A stretch of DNA of 64,000 nt, from the NCBI GenBank assembly GCA_965216785.1, contig OZ244197.1:1280001-1344000 (forward strand). Direction: 5' to 3'. The position numbers were made by a program, and so were the translations under genes. Shown here one piece after another: positions 1 to 10,100 of this stretch (its first letter is position 1; each line of letters begins with the position of its first letter). A model generated the notes under the pieces. The model was given only the letters and a program-made list of their open reading frames with translations, searched no databases and was not told the origin of the DNA. The DNA is from Thermodesulfobacteriota bacterium. GTDB lineage: Bacteria; Desulfobacterota_D; UBA1144; Nemesobacterales; UBA2774.

Positions 1-1925
1 TGTGAAGTATCTTTCAACACATTAATAATAGTTTCGCTAAGCACCTCTATTCTATAAGGTTTTTTTACAATAGCATTGAAACCAAATTTTTGATAATCCG
101 ACAACACTGGGTCATTATAGTATCCGCTCGAAACAACAGCTCTTATATTCGGATCTAATGATCTTAGAATTTTAATTGCTTCACTGCCCCCCATACCACC
201 TGGAATGGTAAGGTCCATAATTACAACGTCGAAAGGATTATTTTCTTTTGCCTGTTTATATTTATCTATCGCCTCTACACCGTCTGATGCGTAATCTACG
301 TCATAACCAATTTTCTTTAACATGCGTCCGGTTGCTTTCCTTATTAACGCTTCATCATCCATTAATAGTATTCTGCCTTTCCCATACGAAACGCTCTTTT
401 TGGGGCTACTTTTACTTTTGGCCAATTTATCACTGGAAGGGAGGTAAATATGGAATTTAGTTCCTACACCAAGTTTTGATTCTACATCTATATTCCCTCC
501 ATGATTTGTTACTATTGAATACACACTTGAAAGACCAAGACCGTGTCCCTGCTCCTTTGTTGTATAATAAGGATCAAATATCTTATCCAAATCTTTTTGA
601 TCTATGCCTATGCCGTTATCCTCAATTGTGATTTTAATATACTTGCCACTCCCTGGTTGAATTTTATCGGTTTTTTTTACTAATAGATTAATTACGTTCA
701 CTTTAATAGTCCCACCATCTGGCATAGATTGTTGGGCATTTATTACTATGTTTTCAATCACCTGACTTATATGACTTTCATCTAGTTCAATATTCCATAA
801 ACCATCCTCTATGCTAAATTCACATTTTGATTTTGATCCGCTTACAGCAAAATTCGCTACATCACATATAAAGTCGTCAAAGTTGGAGACCAGCTTTTTA
901 ACTGGGGCACCTCCCTTTGAAAAAGTTAGAAATTGTGCTACTAAATCAGAAGCTCTATCTGTAGCATCTTCTATTTCAGAAAATAATTGAAGTAACTGAT
1001 CGTCAATCTTAGGGTGAGTCTTTGCAATGCTTAGATTCCCAATAATTGAAGTTAAAAGATTGTTGAAATCATGTGCTATACCACCCGCTAGAACTCCAAG
1101 GGACTCTAGCTTTTTGGCCCTGAGCAATTCTTCCTCTATGTTTTTTCGCTGCGTGATGTCAGCTACAAAACCGACCATTCTTGATTTTTCCTCATCACTG
1201 TCCATAAAGAAAAATCCTTTGTCTTCCACTACTATATAGTCCCCCCCCTTTTTTCTCACTCTGTACTCTAAGTTAAATGGTTCTTTTTTGTTTACCACTC
1301 TATCTAATTCATCTTGAAATTGTTCGATGTCTTCAGGGTGGATAAGCTCTAACCAATGATTTAGATCGTCTTGAATTTCGTTTTCAGAGTAACCTAGTAT
1401 CCTTTCCAAGTCTCCGCCGTAAGTAACTTTATTCGTTAATGTATCCCAATCATATAGAAGCTGGCTGCTTGCATTAATAGCTGCCTCGTAGCGGTTCCTC
1501 CACTCTACAACGGAGGCTTTTGCTTTTTTCTGCTCACTAATATCTTCGCAAATTATAAATATGAATTTTTGACCATCTTCTGAAATCACACGTGCACTTT
1601 CTTTAACCCAGAGGACATTCCCATCTTTACGAATTTTGCGTAATTCCCAATTGTGTATTTTATTTGGTTCTTTTAGGCACTCTCTGATTTGTTTGAGTAC
1701 TAGCTTTTTATCATCAGGATGAAAGACATCAAGAACCTGTTGACCAATAAGTTCATCATGCTTATAACCAAGTACTTTCGCCCCGTTTTTATTTGCCGAA
1801 AGAACATAACCTTCTGAATCAATGATGAAGTGCATCAAAGGACTAAATTCATATAGCTCACGAAACAAATTATCGTTAAAGCCTACTCGGTCCTTTCTTT
1901 TTATATTTTTAATATTTTCAGCCAT
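1..1925 (-). CDS. PAS-PAS hybrid sensor histidine kinase/response regulator (runs off window start; missed by ORF track)
   Basis: Manual translation from ATG at 1925: MAENIKN..., two PAS/PAC repeats, H-box LAGGIAHDFNNLL, HATPase (FDPYYTTKEQGHGLGL), receiver (IMDLTIPGGMGG...KKPY); no stop before position 1. Confidence 0.9.
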   Translation of the reverse strand, partial: MAENIKNIKRKDRVGFNDNLFRELYEFSPLMHFIIDSEGYVLSANKNGAKVLGYKHDELIGQQVLDVFHPDDKKLVLKQIRECLKEPNKIHNWELRKIRKDGNVLWVKESARVISEDGQKFIFIICEDISEQKKAKASVVEWRNRYEAAINASSQLLYDWDTLTNKVTYGGDLERILGYSENEIQDDLNHWLELIHPEDIEQFQDELDRVVNKKEPFNLEYRVRKKGGDYIVVEDKGFFFMDSDEEKSRMVGFVADITQRKNIEEELLRAKKLESLGVLAGGIAHDFNNLLTSIIGNLSIAKTHPKIDDQLLQLFSEIEDATDRASDLVAQFLTFSKGGAPVKKLVSNFDDFICDVANFAVSGSKSKCEFSIEDGLWNIELDESHISQVIENIVINAQQSMPDGGTIKVNVINLLVKKTDKIQPGSGKYIKITIEDNGIGIDQKDLDKIFDPYYTTKEQGHGLGLSSVYSIVTNHGGNIDVESKLGVGTKFHIYLPSSDKLAKSKSSPKKSVSYGKGRILLMDDEALIRKATGRMLKKIGYDVDYASDGVEAIDKYKQAKENNPFDVVIMDLTIPGGMGGSEAIKILRSLDPNIRAVVSSGYYNDPVLSDYQKFGFNAIVKKPYRIEVLSETIINVLKDTS

Positions 1926-2091
1926 GAGCTTCAGGTATTTTTATTAATCCATTCATTATTAGTTGTTCAATATAAGCCTTTATACTGAATACCCTTATCT
2001 GAGCATGTCAGTATCTCAACTAAATCACATCTAAGATACCTTGTTTCAATCTATCTTATTTAGTTTAGCAGAAATTCTAAAATTTAGTAAC

Positions 2092-2211
2092 TATACTGCT
2101 CCCCATTAAGAAGTGAGTATAGTTAAGTTGGAAAAAAAGCTATACGGAGGGAGCAATGAAGCGAAGAAGATGGGATTCTAAAACAAAGACTAAGATAGTA
2201 CTTGAAGGTCT
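2092..2211 (+). pseudogene. IS3-family left end plus truncated orfA (MKRRRWDSKTKTKIVLEGL)
   Basis: TATACTGCTCCCCATTAAG...GTTAAGTT and first 19 codons match the complete IS at 43502. Confidence 0.9.
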
Positions 2212-2255
2212 TGTACTGCACCCCTTCTTTTGTCAAGCTCAGATTAAGTTGGAAT
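2212..2255 (+). repeat. Solo IS3 right-end (IRR-type) repeat
   Basis: TGTACTGCACCCCTTCTTTTGTCAAGCTCAGATTAAGTTGGAAT; 28 nt identical, inverted, to the copy at 4165-4205. Confidence 0.85.
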
Positions 2256-2442
2256 ACTGAAGATTGTGCACTCTTCTAAGCCAATCAAATGACTTCCTGT
2301 ATATAGGGTTTTCTGGCAGTAGTCCAAAATGGTAGAGGAAAATAATTTCTTGACTGGATATTCCACATTGTGATACGATGAGATTTTGTAGGAGTCATTT
2401 AATAGACTCTGCTTTTATTCCAATTGGCTAATGGAGGTACCC

Positions 2443-2682
2443 ATGCCAAAGTTTATAGATGTACATGATATGGAGCCGTTCACTGCAGAACAGCTTAAAG
2501 AACTTCAGGATGCACCTGCAGACGAATTTGGAGTCACGCATCATGATATTCTATTTAACGAGGGTGAAAACAGGATTTACTGCATCCTGGATGCTCCCAA
2601 TGCAGAAGCGATTCACAAGCATCATGAAAAGGCTGGCATCAAATGTGAATGGGTCCATGAAGTGAAGTCGACACGAACCTGA
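2443..2682 (+). CDS. DUF4242 / SCO4226-family small nickel-binding-type protein
   Basis: MPKFIDVH...YCILDAPNAEAIHKHHEKAG motif; SD GGAGGT before ATG 2443. Confidence 0.8.
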   Translation: MPKFIDVHDMEPFTAEQLKELQDAPADEFGVTHHDILFNEGENRIYCILDAPNAEAIHKHHEKAGIKCEWVHEVKSTRT

Positions 2683-2714
2683 CTGGTCCTTGGTGGTTTC
2701 ACCACCACAATCGA

Positions 2715-2807
2715 CCTTTTCGTCAAGCTGCGTAAAAGTGGAGCAGTATAATCTGCCCACTATAATAGGTCCATAAGTTAAGTTAGATTTTTATGGAGAG
2801 CAGGTCA
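2715..2807. repeat. Collapsed IS3-end remnants / mini-element
   Basis: CCTTTTCGTCAAGCT, AAAAGTGGAGCAGTATA and TAATCTGCCCAC...TTAAGTTAG...GGAGAGCAGGTCA resemble the IS ends. Confidence 0.6.
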
Positions 2808-2892
2808 AATACTATTGAAAATATATCCACCTGTGATACTATTATAGTTGCTAAGTTGTTAAATTTAGAAATCTGTATTATAGGGGGATATA

Positions 2893-4083
2893 ATGAAAAA
2901 GTTTATAATTAGTATACCCGTTTTACTGTTGTTGACCGTATTTTCCGTCCGTGCCAATGCCGATTTCGGCGATCTTTTTATCCAGGTAGAGTTGAATACC
3001 TCTCCTCAGGGATGTTCGATATTGAAAGTAGATCCGGCTGGAGGACTTTCTGAGTTTATTTCTAATGCCGAGATTCTAACTGTTTCTGGAGCTGCTAGTG
3101 CTGACTGTGATGACGCTGGACTTGCCGCAGGCTTGGATGGAAAAGTTTATTTCAATGAGGACATCTCCGACAATATATTCGTTGCAAATCCAAACGGACA
3201 GCTAGGACTATTCATCTCTGACGATGTGGTAGACAGTATAGTGCCTGGTAATGATGATGTTGATTGGGATAACGGGCTCGCTGTGGGCCCTCGATCCGGA
3301 GACCTTTTCGCGGCCGATGAGGACAATGAGATAATATTTAAGTTTTCTACGAATGTACCCACTCCTATTATAGACACGGCTTTTATAGATATATTAGCGA
3401 CTGAAGCGGATTTTGAAGCTCTTGTTTCAACAGCAGACCTTGAAGGTGGAATTGCTGTAGATTTCGAGGATAATGTCTATATCACTAACGACGGCGGCGG
3501 TACTTCTGACGTTATATTTAAGTTAAGCCCACTAGGTGATGTCTCTATACTATGTACTAATGCGGAGCTAGAAGCTGTTACAGGTGGGGATATTGATCTG
3601 GACGTAGGCGCGGTATTCGGCGGCAGCTTGTTCGTTAGTGACGACGGTGATTGCGACTGTGTCCTGGAGATTGATACAGAATCCTGCAACCCAAGGGTTA
3701 TAATTACTGAGGATGATATTACTGCGGCCACGGGGAATTCATCTGCAGACCTCGAAGGCGGTCTGTGTATAGGTCCGAATAGAGCTTTGTTTATTGGGGA
3801 CGACGCTTCAAGTGGTAATGGCGACATACCTAATATTCTGAAGTCGCCCATTACTGAGCGCTCGGGAGTCTCGATCTTTGTGTCTGACACTGCAATCGAT
3901 TCTTTTTATGCTATAGCGGAGCCGGGTTCAGATCCACAGCTGAGGGGCTCATGCAGTGTAGAGGGAGGTTTTGATAGACAGGCTTCAATCCCCACACTTT
4001 CGGAATGGGGTCTAATAGCAATGGCTGGATTATTAGGAATTATTGGTCTATTGGCTATTCGTAGAAAAAGGGTGACAGCTTAA
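2893..4083 (+). CDS. IPTL-CTERM sorted surface protein, acidic beta-propeller-like repeats
   Basis: Signal peptide; repeated D-D-GLA/GGIA blades; C-terminus IPTLSEWGLIAMAGLLGIIGLLAIRRKRVTA. Confidence 0.85.
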   Translation: MKKFIISIPVLLLLTVFSVRANADFGDLFIQVELNTSPQGCSILKVDPAGGLSEFISNAEILTVSGAASADCDDAGLAAGLDGKVYFNEDISDNIFVANPNGQLGLFISDDVVDSIVPGNDDVDWDNGLAVGPRSGDLFAADEDNEIIFKFSTNVPTPIIDTAFIDILATEADFEALVSTADLEGGIAVDFEDNVYITNDGGGTSDVIFKLSPLGDVSILCTNAELEAVTGGDIDLDVGAVFGGSLFVSDDGDCDCVLEIDTESCNPRVIITEDDITAATGNSSADLEGGLCIGPNRALFIGDDASSGNGDIPNILKSPITERSGVSIFVSDTAIDSFYAIAEPGSDPQLRGSCSVEGGFDRQASIPTLSEWGLIAMAGLLGIIGLLAIRRKRVTA

Positions 4084-4119
4084 ACTTAAACAAAACTAAA
4101 CAATACAAATTGTATATAG

Positions 4120-4143
4120 AAAGGGGAGCTTCGGCTCCCCTTT
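4120..4143 (+). terminator. Rho-independent terminator, conserved IPTL-associated type
   Basis: AAAGGGGAGCTTCGGCTCCCCTTT, UUCG tetraloop. Confidence 0.85.
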
Positions 4144-4164
4144 GTGTTTTGAATTGATATCCTA

Positions 4165-4205
4165 ATTCCAACTTAATCTGAGCTTGACAAAAGTGGAGCA
4201 GTCCA
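4165..4205 (-). repeat. Solo IS3 IRR-type end
   Basis: Reverse complement TGGACTGCTCCACTTTTGTCAAGCTCAGATTAAGTTGGAAT. Confidence 0.85.
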
Positions 4206-4252
4206 AACTTACCAACTAGCAGGTTAAGAGTAAGACTTCATGGCCTGAGTTC

Positions 4253-4383
4253 TGACATGCCCCCCATAATAGTCCATAAGCTAGCTTCTTGAAAGGAAAC
4301 CATACGTACAGAATATCATCAGAATCACCACTAAACGTAGCATTCTAGCTTAAACCGATCTTGACGAAAGGAGGAGCAGTACA
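4253..4383. mobile_element. MITE-like internally deleted IS3 derivative (~130 bp)
   Basis: TGACATGCCCCCCATAATAGTCCATAAG at left; CTTGACGAAAGGAGGAGCAGTACA at right. Confidence 0.6.
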
Positions 4384-4559
4384 ATAGTTCCTTCAAATTA
4401 ACTATTAATATAGAAAAATTATGGCTCTATCAAACTAGACATAAGGCTCAATAATTATCCTCTGCATTGTAGAATTATTCTTAGAAAATACTTAGAAATG
4501 AAACAGGGGCTAACGGGTAGCCCCTATAATGTTAGTGAGAAATGTTTGAATAATGCAGC

Positions 4560-4667
4560 TTACATGTTTTCAATCTCACAATACGATAGATTAATTTCTT
4601 CGGCTTTATTTGTTTTCATCCATTCTTCTACCTCACTCAGCTTGAATCGGATTAATCTGCCAATTCT
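4560..4667 (-). pseudogene. Excisionase-like HTH (HTH_17) C-terminal fragment
   Basis: Translates RIGRLIRFKLSEVEEWMKTNK...; in-frame stop upstream, no start. Confidence 0.65.
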
Positions 4668-4713
4668 TTAGAGAAAATTTGAGGTTTGTCCGGATTTGCA
4701 CAACTTGACAGAT

Positions 4714-5454
4714 TTATAACTCGCCTTCTCTCTTTTTGCTTCTATCGGTGTCTCTAAACGATACCAGATATGCGGTTCCACTATACCATTCTATCTGCAC
4801 TACTTGCATCTCCATTACTACGTTAAGGCCGCATTTGTGACTGATGTTGACTTTTGTCCTTTTGCCCGTATTCAAAGGAAAATCAAAATAACTTCCGTGC
4901 ATTTCTTCTTCATTACGGCCAAAGAGAAGCTCGGCGGCGGCGTTGATATATTGGACGTATCCATTCTTATTTACTATTACTAAGCCGTTGGGGTTACCGT
5001 GCAGTGCATTAAGGAAATAGTCTACGCCCTCCGGGTCTGATACTTTAGAGTGTCTATTACTTTCCATCATGAATCTGAGGTAAGAATGTAAAATGCTGCG
5101 TGCCAGATTCACAGTCTTTATCTCGTTTTTTATAAGGTAACCTTGCGCACCCATCTGAATTGATTTTATTGCCATTACTTCATCTTCATTTGCCGTCACG
5201 ATGATAATTGGTGTATTTGGTGCGTGCTTTTGCAATTTGATAAATGTATCAATTTCTTGACTATCCGGGAGATTGAGATCTAAAAGAACCAAGTCGATAT
5301 TTTCATGTGTCAGTTGTTTAAGTCCTTTTGAAAGACAATCAGCCCAATCCACTTCGAATGTTACCAGTTCTGACTTATGAAGCTTTCTTTTAACTATTTG
5401 TGAGTAATCATAATTGTCCTCAATCAATAGGACTTTTATATATTCGTTTTGCAT
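4714..5454 (-). CDS. Response regulator receiver + PAS domain protein
   Basis: VLLIEDN...LVLLDLNLPDS...GYLIK receiver, then PAS (NAAAELLFG). Confidence 0.85.
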   Translation of the reverse strand: MQNEYIKVLLIEDNYDYSQIVKRKLHKSELVTFEVDWADCLSKGLKQLTHENIDLVLLDLNLPDSQEIDTFIKLQKHAPNTPIIIVTANEDEVMAIKSIQMGAQGYLIKNEIKTVNLARSILHSYLRFMMESNRHSKVSDPEGVDYFLNALHGNPNGLVIVNKNGYVQYINAAAELLFGRNEEEMHGSYFDFPLNTGKRTKVNISHKCGLNVVMEMQVVQIEWYSGTAYLVSFRDTDRSKKREGEL

Positions 5455-5494
5455 ATGGCTTGCTCCTCCATTAATGTTCGTTATGTGCTTTCTG

Positions 5495-5538
5495 TGTACT
5501 GCTCCCCAGTATGATGACCAAATTAAGTCGGAATTATG
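5495..5538 (+). repeat. Degenerate solo IS3 end
   Basis: TGTACTGCTCCCCAG...TTAAGTCGGAAT. Confidence 0.65.
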
Positions 5539-5660
5539 AAGTTTACATTACTCATTCTAGAGCCTTATGTCCTAGGTTGTAAACACTCTTTCTGAAGTGA
5601 ACAGACAGAAATGGCGACGGTAAAAGATATAGCTCGGAATCGCCTGACTCTATATAGATT

Positions 5661-8600
5661 TTAATGCTCTGGCGACATAACCACATCGTGTAAAACTTTA
5701 CTCACATTATTAATATTATAAGGTTTTGGCATGAAAGCTTTAAATCCATATTTATCGTAATTGGATATGCCTCCGTTCTCAGAGTATCCACTTGATACAA
5801 TAGCCTTAAGATTCGGGTTTATGTCGAGCAATTTCTTCAAGGTCTCTTTTCCTCCGATGTCTCCGGGAATAGTCAAGTCGAGAATCACCGCATCCAATCT
5901 ATCGCCGGATTCTACGGATTCATTGTAGATTTTTATTGCTTCGGAACTGTTTTTAGCTAATATAGGATTGTATCCGAGCTGTGTTATCATTTCACTAAGA
6001 GTTTCTCTGATCTTCAACTCATCATCCATTATTAGTACATTCCCTTCACCTCTCTTGAGATTAAATTCTTTATCCTCCAACTCAGAGGGAGACTCTTTGA
6101 TTGCGGGAAGATAGATAGTAAATGTCGATCCTTCGTTTACTTTAGAGTCTACGGTTATATGTCCGTTGTGCTGTTTTACAATGGAGAATGAAGACGCAAG
6201 CCCAAGGCCGCTCCCATGTTCTTTTGTGGTGAAAAAAGGATCGAATATCTTCTGCAAGTGCTCTTTGGGTATACCGCCTCCGCTGTCTTTTACGTTTACC
6301 TCTACATATTCCCCCTGCGGCAGATTTAGATTATTTCCTTCCTCTAATATAACGTTTTTTGCTCCCACTTGTATTGAACCACCATCGGGCATTGCATGCT
6401 GGGCATTTATAATAAGATTATTGATAACCTGGTTTATCTGTCCCTCGTCAATCTCTACCGGCAGTAGGTTGTCTTCTATAGAGAAATCGCATTCTACGTT
6501 TGAACCTCTAAGGGCGAATTTTGTTGAATCTTCTAGTATTTCATGAATAGTCATAACTTTTACATTAGGCTCACCGCCTTTAGAGAATGTAAGAAGCTGC
6601 TGAGTTAACCCAGTTGCTCTTTGAATTGCGTCTTCTGCTTCCGAAAGCCATTTGGACATATAATCATTCGGGTCCGTTTTAGGCTCACATTACCCAAAAC
6701 TATAGTTAAGAGATTATTAAAATCATGCGCGATACCGCCAGCAAGCAGGCTCAGTGATTCCAGTTTTTGAGATTTTAGGAGTTCTTCTTCCATTTTCATG
6801 CGCTCAGTGATGTCTGTTGAATAAAGAACAGCCCGAGTCTCCCCGGACGAGGTTGTAAATGGTGTACCTGTGCTTTCAAGCCACCTATATTCCCCATTTT
6901 TATGTTTGTATCTAAGGTGCTGGATACCAGCATTAGAAAAATTCTCCAGTCCGGTAATCATACTATTAAATACGGCGTTTTTGTCTTCTGGATGAATATT
7001 ATCAAATACACTTGTGCCAATAAGTTCCTCAGGGTCATAGCCCATTTGATCTTTATGATTCTTGTTTACGAATAAAAATTCGCCCTTTGTATTTATTTCA
7101 ACTATTAAATCATGTGAGTACTCAACTAAGGCGCGGTACCGTTCTTCAATCTCCCGCCTCTTTTCTTCCTCAAGTTTACGCTCGGTAATATCACGAGATG
7201 TTATAACGCCTCGATCTTCTCCACTTGCTGTTTTAAATAACTTGCCGATGCTATTGAGCCACCGCCAGGAGCCGTCTTTATGCCTATATCTAAAACTTAC
7301 TTCATTGCTGGAGGTTAAGGTATTCTTCGCGTGAATAAATTTACTAAGTACATGGTTTTTATCATCAGGATGGACGAAATCGAAAATACTTTTGCCTATA
7401 AGCTCTTCTGGGTCATAGCCCAGATATTCTTTATGATTCTTGTTTGCGAATAAAAATTTACTGTCTGCACTGACTTCTACAATCAAATCGTACGAGTGCT
7501 CAACAATTGTGCGATACCTGTTTTCGCTTTCTATTAGCGCATCTGACTGTTTTGTATTACCGATTGCGGTTTCGACCTGCTGTGCAACTATATTCAGAAG
7601 GTATATTTCATCGTCACTAAATGCGTTTTTCTCAAAAGAATGCAAATTAATGCAACCTATTACCTTACCCTTGTAATGGAAGGGCATGGACAAATAACTC
7701 CTTGTTCCGACCTCTCTCCCGGCGGGTCCAATATATTCGTCCTGGTCTACATCCGGACAATATCTCAGCTTCCCTTCCATCAATACCTTCCATGTAAAGC
7801 CCTTAGGGTAGGGAATTTTTCCTAACCGCTGAACAAACCATTCTGGCAATCCTTTTGAGGTTTTTAATACGGCATCATCCCCCTCAATCATAAAAATTGA
7901 TACGTGTTCAGCTATTTCCATATTCCTGCTAAGTGATTGAGCCGCATTTTCTAGAACGTCTTCTAGCCTGGTTGATTTGTGCACGTTACGTGTAATCAAG
8001 CTGATAATAGATTCATACTTACTCTTTTTATATAACCTATTGAAGTTTCCCTTTATTTCGTTTTCCGCAATCTCTTGATCTATGCGCGTGGCAATCATAT
8101 TAGCAACGGATTGCAAGAAATTAATGTCATCTTGAGTGAAATTTCTTAGCTTTTTAGTGTGAGCGCCTATGACGCCATAAATTTTTTCTTTGCACTTGAT
8201 GGAGGTGCTGATCCCGCTTATAACGCTATGATCGTGAAGAAGAGCAGGTCCTGAAAATCTTTCTTCTGTTTGCAGGTTTTTTACTGTAACTGGATGTTCT
8301 GAATACAAGGTATAACCGGCCTGGGAATCGTCGCCGCCCGGAACGACGGTCTTACCCACACTTCCGTCTTTCCATCCGATGCCGGCAACAAGCAGAAAAT
8401 CCTCACCGTCCGGTAGGAGCTTTAGAATCTTGCAGTATTCAATTCCTAAGCCCCTAGCAACTAAGTTTACTGTTTTATCCATAAATTCCGAAAGATCATT
8501 GATAGATAAGGAAGATTGTCCGAGATTTGCAATTATCTCATTCTGGTAAGCCCGGATTCTTAGCTCATCTAAAATCTGTTTCTTTTCTTTGATTTCATTC

Positions 8601-8836
8601 TTAAGTTTGATTCTATGACGAACTGAGAATATGAATATGATGAAAAAAAATAATGCCGCTGTACCTATAAATTCATCTAATTCCCACGGTTCGTAACTAC
8701 TAATTAACATGTGGATTATTTCAAATAAGTCGAAATACGAGGAAATGATATAAACGGACAAGAATAAAACTAATAAAGCTGCTGGTTCCTTGTTATTGTT
8801 TGCAAATTGGAAAATTCTGTCTTTAAAATTAGTCAT
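5661..8836 (-). pseudogene. Membrane GAF-GAF-PAS-PAS hybrid histidine kinase split by a frameshift just after the H-box
   Basis: ORF 6605-8836 ends after AHDFNNLL...GNVSL; ORF 5661-6659 continues the HisKA/HATPase/receiver in another frame. Confidence 0.85.
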
Positions 8837-9018
8837 AATATGCTGTTTTGCTTAACTCACCAGACGGTATTGGTTACGCCATCCTTTTCCCTCTGTACAT
8901 CTGGCTTGTTCAACCTTTATTCTTTAGCCTCATAACTTTAATATTTTTGAAAAAGCAGAGTAAAAAATTTATGCTAACACCTACAAAAAATTAAATCGCA
9001 CATTACATAGAATGTATC

Positions 9019-9035
9019 TGCAATCTTTATGCCAG
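9019..9035 (-). promoter_or_regulatory. Sigma54 promoter for the hybrid kinase
   Basis: CTGGCATAAAGATTGCA (TGGCA-N6-TTGC); palindromic GACAAAGTTTGTC enhancer-like site ~9119-9131. Confidence 0.7.
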
Positions 9036-9186
9036 TTGATCTAGGATTTGTAAGAGACTAGAATTATTACACATTGATGATAAAACCTTATTGCTATCTA
9101 TTAAAGATGTTTAAGGGCGACAAAGTTTGTCACAATATAATTCACTTTTTTGTCAAGAGTGGTTAAAGTTGGAGTTTTTAAGACTT

Positions 9187-9227
9187 TGTACTGCACCCCT
9201 TTTGTCAAGCCTGATTTAAGTTTGATT
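9187..9227 (+). repeat. Solo IS3 IRR-type end
   Basis: TGTACTGCACCCCTTTTGTCAAGCCTGATTTAAGTTTGATT. Confidence 0.85.
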
Positions 9228-9415
9228 GAAGAATATTTGAACGAATTAAAAGGTCTTGCCTAATCATAGTCTAAATAACTTAATTTCTGTAACTCACTTT
9301 CGATACCAATAACTTTATCTTATAGAGAATGTAAATAATCTATATAATATCCTTGGCTATACCGGATTAGCCTATATAATTTAATCCATAGGCTATAAAA
9401 TATATTGAGCAAAAA

Positions 9416-10057
9416 ATGCAATCAACCGCATACAACATAGATAGAGAAAAGATTTTAGACCTTGAACAAAGAGCAAAGCTATTAAAAACATGTAAGGACA
9501 AAGCTGAACTGGATTTATTACATGGTCGGGAAACATGGATAAAACGTTACATGTTAGTAGATTTGGCTCTATTTACTGGATTACGTGTTGCCGAGATAGC
9601 CAATTTAAAAATTGGGGATTTCGATATAAAAGCTAAAGATCCCTATCTAATTGTTAGAAAAGGGAAAAGGGGTAAAAAAAGAGATGTTTATTTGGATAAA
9701 GAACTCGTTAGGCATATAAAGGCTTTTATTAGTTGGAAGAAGAAAACAATGAGAGAAGAAGTTGAAAATGATAGTCCTTTTTTTACTGGTAGAGATGGAA
9801 AACACTGTGCAGTTATAACTCTTATGAAATCATTTAAAAGGGCAATCCAAGACTCAAACTTACCTTTACATTTCTCTATACACAGTGCTCGTCATACATA
9901 TGCCACTTTCTTACTACATGCAACAAATAATCTTAGATATGTTCAGAAACAGCTTGGCCATAGTAAAATAAGTATGACTGCACTTTATGCGGATGTTTTA
10001 CCATCTGAAAATGGTAACCTAGCTAATAAGATTAGAGAAAATAATCTAACAGATTAG
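9416..10057 (+). CDS. Short tyrosine recombinase (catalytic domain only)
   Basis: TGLRVAE, KGK, HSARH, LGH, LY: full R-K-H-R-H-Y set; 213 aa. Confidence 0.9.
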   Translation: MQSTAYNIDREKILDLEQRAKLLKTCKDKAELDLLHGRETWIKRYMLVDLALFTGLRVAEIANLKIGDFDIKAKDPYLIVRKGKRGKKRDVYLDKELVRHIKAFISWKKKTMREEVENDSPFFTGRDGKHCAVITLMKSFKRAIQDSNLPLHFSIHSARHTYATFLLHATNNLRYVQKQLGHSKISMTALYADVLPSENGNLANKIRENNLTD

Positions 10058-10100
10058 CACACATACGGTTGTATTAAGCGTACTTAATTTATATTGATTA

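Larger units (their letters stand above)
2092..4205. mobile_element. Non-autonomous IS3-end-bracketed cargo unit (DUF4242 + IPTL-CTERM genes)
   Basis: IRL at 2092, IRR-type end at 4165-4205, AAC on both flanks (2089-2091, 4206-4208). Confidence 0.5.

Noticed and set aside
6670-6690. Programmed -1 frameshift in the hybrid kinase
   Set aside because: No canonical slippery heptamer, and alignment with the paralog indicates about three residues are missing, consistent with a deletion.
8859-8905. Riboswitch in the leader of the hybrid kinase (CCAGATG...CGTCTGG stem)
   Set aside because: A hairpin is plausible, but I cannot match it to any known aptamer consensus; it needs an Rfam/covariation search.
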